Shown here: positions 61,539 through 64,000 of the stretch, one piece after another
Position numbering within the stretch: the first letter of the stretch is position 1
How the letters are laid out: each line of letters opens with the position of its first letter
Translations under genes and position numbers: made by a program
From: an uncultured Alphaproteobacteria bacterium
Lineage (GTDB): Bacteria; Pseudomonadota; Alphaproteobacteria; Sphingomonadales; Sphingomonadaceae
DNA: 64,000 nt
Assembly: GCA_963850005.1 (NCBI GenBank)
Contig: CAWKJG010000001.1
Location: 351,523 to 415,522 of the forward strand
Reading direction: 5' to 3'
Notes under the pieces: model-generated
The model's input: only the letters and a program-made list of their open reading frames with translations
What the model was told of the DNA's origin: nothing
Databases searched by the model: none

Positions 61539-62473
61539 CGCGTGATGGGGTTGATGATGATTGCGTAGAGGTCGATTTCCCGGCTGGCGCCCTCACGCCA
61601 CAACACGCCCCCCTGTTCCGTGCAGGCCGCGATCCGGTCCGGGATCAGCTCGCGCGCGGCATCGCAGCCCAGCCGTATCGAGTAGCTGAGCCGCCCTCGC
61701 TGGCAGATCGGCCCGATATCGGCGCCCGGAGTCAGGGTGATCTCATTGGCGGCTTCGGCATCCCTGGGGCTGAAACGGATGATGCGGTCTCTGAAACGCG
61801 GAAGGCTGGCATGGCAATATTCGAAACCGCCATCGGCCACCCTTCCATCGAAGCGAGCCGTGACATCCTCATCGCCCACGGTGCGGGCAAATGGACCTTC
61901 GCGTTTGGTCCACATGTCGAGTACCGCCTTGCCGAGTTCGCTGTCGGCATTGGCGGCGCGAACCTCCTCCGTTACGTCGCGTTCCTCCGTTTTGGCGGTC
62001 CGCCGCCGATCACGCTCGGCCGCCGTCTTCGCATCCTCGGCGGCAGCGGCCCGGTCGTCGGCGGCAGCGGCCCGATCCTCGGCGGCCTTGATCCGCGACT
62101 GGGCACTCCGGCCGGTCTCGATCAATTTGAGATTGTTCATCTGACCGTCAAGCGACCCGTTGACGATGTAGATCACAATCGCAAACACTGCCGCCGCGCC
62201 GGCAAGCTGCATACCGCGAACGGTGAATTTGTCGCCGCCCTTACCACCGCCGAGGAAGGCGTAGACGAGGGTAGCGACGCCGATGGCGGTCAGTATCGCG
62301 ATCCCCATCGCCGGAATGAATATCCCCCAAGCCGTCATGGCGAGGAACACGATTGCGGTAATCAGAGAGGCGGAAATGACCCCGGCGAGGAAGATTGTCT
62401 CGCCACGCGATCGCGGCGGAGGCCGGGGTTCATCGCCCAACTCCGCGGTTCGATCGTCGTCGCCCCCGCTCAT
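61535..62473 (-). CDS. hypothetical membrane protein (atypical codon usage)
   Basis: Three N-terminal TM segments, coiled coil, Cys-containing C-terminal domain; stop overlaps the recG stop. Confidence 0.7.
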   Translation of the reverse strand: MSGGDDDRTAELGDEPRPPPRSRGETIFLAGVISASLITAIVFLAMTAWGIFIPAMGIAILTAIGVATLVYAFLGGGKGGDKFTVRGMQLAGAAAVFAIVIYIVNGSLDGQMNNLKLIETGRSAQSRIKAAEDRAAAADDRAAAAEDAKTAAERDRRRTAKTEERDVTEEVRAANADSELGKAVLDMWTKREGPFARTVGDEDVTARFDGRVADGGFEYCHASLPRFRDRIIRFSPRDAEAANEITLTPGADIGPICQRGRLSYSIRLGCDAARELIPDRIAACTEQGGVLWREGASREIDLYAIIINPITR

Positions 62474-62572
62474 AGTCCCTTTCCCCCCGAGACAGGCGGA
62501 TGCTTGCAGGAAACCGAGTGTCTGTCGAGCGCAGAAAAGTCCGAACCAGGAATTTGAGACAAATTAAGCCAT

Positions 62573-63797
62573 TTAGGGCGTAAGCAACCCGTGCTTCTTC
62601 TTGCCCGCTGAGATCCGTACATCAGCCATGACGGCGATCACGGCCAGTGGATCGTCGATGCGATTGCCGTTAACCCGTGCGCCACCCTGGCCGATCAACC
62701 GCCGTGCTTCATTCTTGGAAGCGCATAGACCGAGCGACACAAGCGCTTCGGCCAGACCGATAGCATCGGCACCGACGGCAAAAGTGGGGAGCGCCTCTCC
62801 TGAAGTACCCTCCTCGAATGTCTTGCGTGCGGTCTCGGCGGCTTCCTGCGCCGCTTCCTCACCATGTGCCATCGCGGTGGCGGCATCGGCCAGCATCTTC
62901 TTCGCAACATTAATCTCGGCGCCTCCCAGCGCCTCCAGCCGGGCGATCTCGTCCAGCGGAAGATCGGTGAAGCGGCGGAGGAACTTGCCGACGTCGGCAT
63001 CCTGGGCGTTGCGCCAGAATTGCCAGTAATCGTAGGGGCTCAAGCTGTCGGCGTTGAGCCAGATCGCGCCTTTCTCGGTCTTGCCCATCTTGCCGCCGTC
63101 GGCGGTGGTGATGAGCGGGGTGGTCAGGCCGTAGACCGGGGTGCGAATCGACCCGCCGGCAAAGCTCGATGCCGTTGACGATATTGCCCCACTGGTCCGA
63201 GCCGCCGAGCTGGAGCCGGCAGTCGGCGCGGCGCGACAGCTCCAGGAAGTCGTAGCCCTGGAGGATCATGTAGTTGAACTCGAGGAAGGAAAGCGACTGC
63301 TCGCGGTCCATGCGGAGCTTGACGCTGTCGAAGCTCAGCATCCGGTTGACCGAGAAATGCTGGCCGATCTCGCGCAGGAAGGGGATATATTCGAGCCGGT
63401 CGAGCCACTCGGCATTGTCGAGCAGGACCGCGTCCGACGGCCCGTCACCGAAGGTCAGGAAGCGTTCGAAGACCCGCTTGATCGAGGCGATGTTGGCGTC
63501 GATCGTCTCGGCGGTGAGCAGCTTGCGGGCCTCGTCCTTGAAGCTTGGATCGCCGATCTTCGAGGTTCCGCCGCCCATCAGCACGATCGGCTTGTGCCCG
63601 GCCTGCTGGAGCCGGCGGAGCATCATGATCTGGATGAGGCTGCCGACGTGGAGCGACGGCGCGGTGGCGTCGAAGCCTATGTAGCCGGGGATGACCTGCG
63701 TCTGAGCGAGCGCGTCGAGGCCCTCGGCGTCGGTGAGCTGGTGGATGAAGCCGCGCTCGTCGAGCGAGCGGAGGAGGGAGGATTTGTAGTCGGACAT
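62573..63797 (-). CDS. tyrS: tyrosyl-tRNA synthetase; +1 frameshift at ~63140-63147
   Basis: [15 protein letters not shown] (HIGH-like), [18 protein letters not shown], then YGLTTPL..ADG.KMGKT, YWQFWRN, S4 tail in the other frame; one-base removal gives 407 aa. Confidence 0.96.
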
Positions 63798-63824
63798 GGG
63801 CGGGGCGGTTAGCATCGCGCCGCC

Positions 63825-63907
63825 GTCATTGCGAGCGCAGCGAAGCAATCCAGTGCGGCCTCGGACTCGGTGCTGGATTGCTTCGTCGCTTCGCTCCTCG
63901 CAATGAC
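63825..63907. repeat. RPE-like palindrome, copy 4
   Basis: Same arms; directly upstream of tyrS. Confidence 0.88.
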
Positions 63908-64000
63908 GGAGGATGGAAGCGGAGACTGGACCCTGAAACCAGTCAGGGTGACGGCGAGAGGATGGACGTGGAGAAGCATTGGCTGTCGAACTCACCCCGC

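Overview
High-GC alphaproteobacterial chromosome segment; gene content and palindromic repeats suggest a sphingomonad. Housekeeping and envelope genes flank a complete 32.8-kb Tn7-like transposon at 14365-47202. The element has TGT...ACA ends, repeated CATAAG-NN-GTC TnsB-type sites and a perfect 5-bp GCACG target duplication. It is inserted 23 bp past the 3' end of tRNA-Asn(GTT) and encodes TnsA, TnsB, TnsC and one long TniQ/TnsD. I found no Cas genes, CRISPR array or integrase. The cargo looks like an anti-phage island: two tandem ApeA-like HEPN genes; Hachiman-like hamA-hamB plus a DUF2726 gene; an XRE regulator with a palindromic operator beside an apparently uncharacterised 5-gene operon (HhH glycosylase, Gly-rich/HIRAN-like protein, PfkB-nucleoside deoxyribosyltransferase fusion, QueC-like protein, SagB-like oxidase); a ~1940-aa kinase-fused SAMD9-like STAND protein; a CHC2-Toprim primase; and a lipase-fused Avs-like STAND ATPase. 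Six +1 frameshifts (one in essential tyrS) and three Asp>Asn changes in conserved motifs mostly coincide with GANTC sites. This points to methylation-linked sequencing errors rather than true pseudogenes. Family assignments come from motif recognition by eye; no database searches were run.
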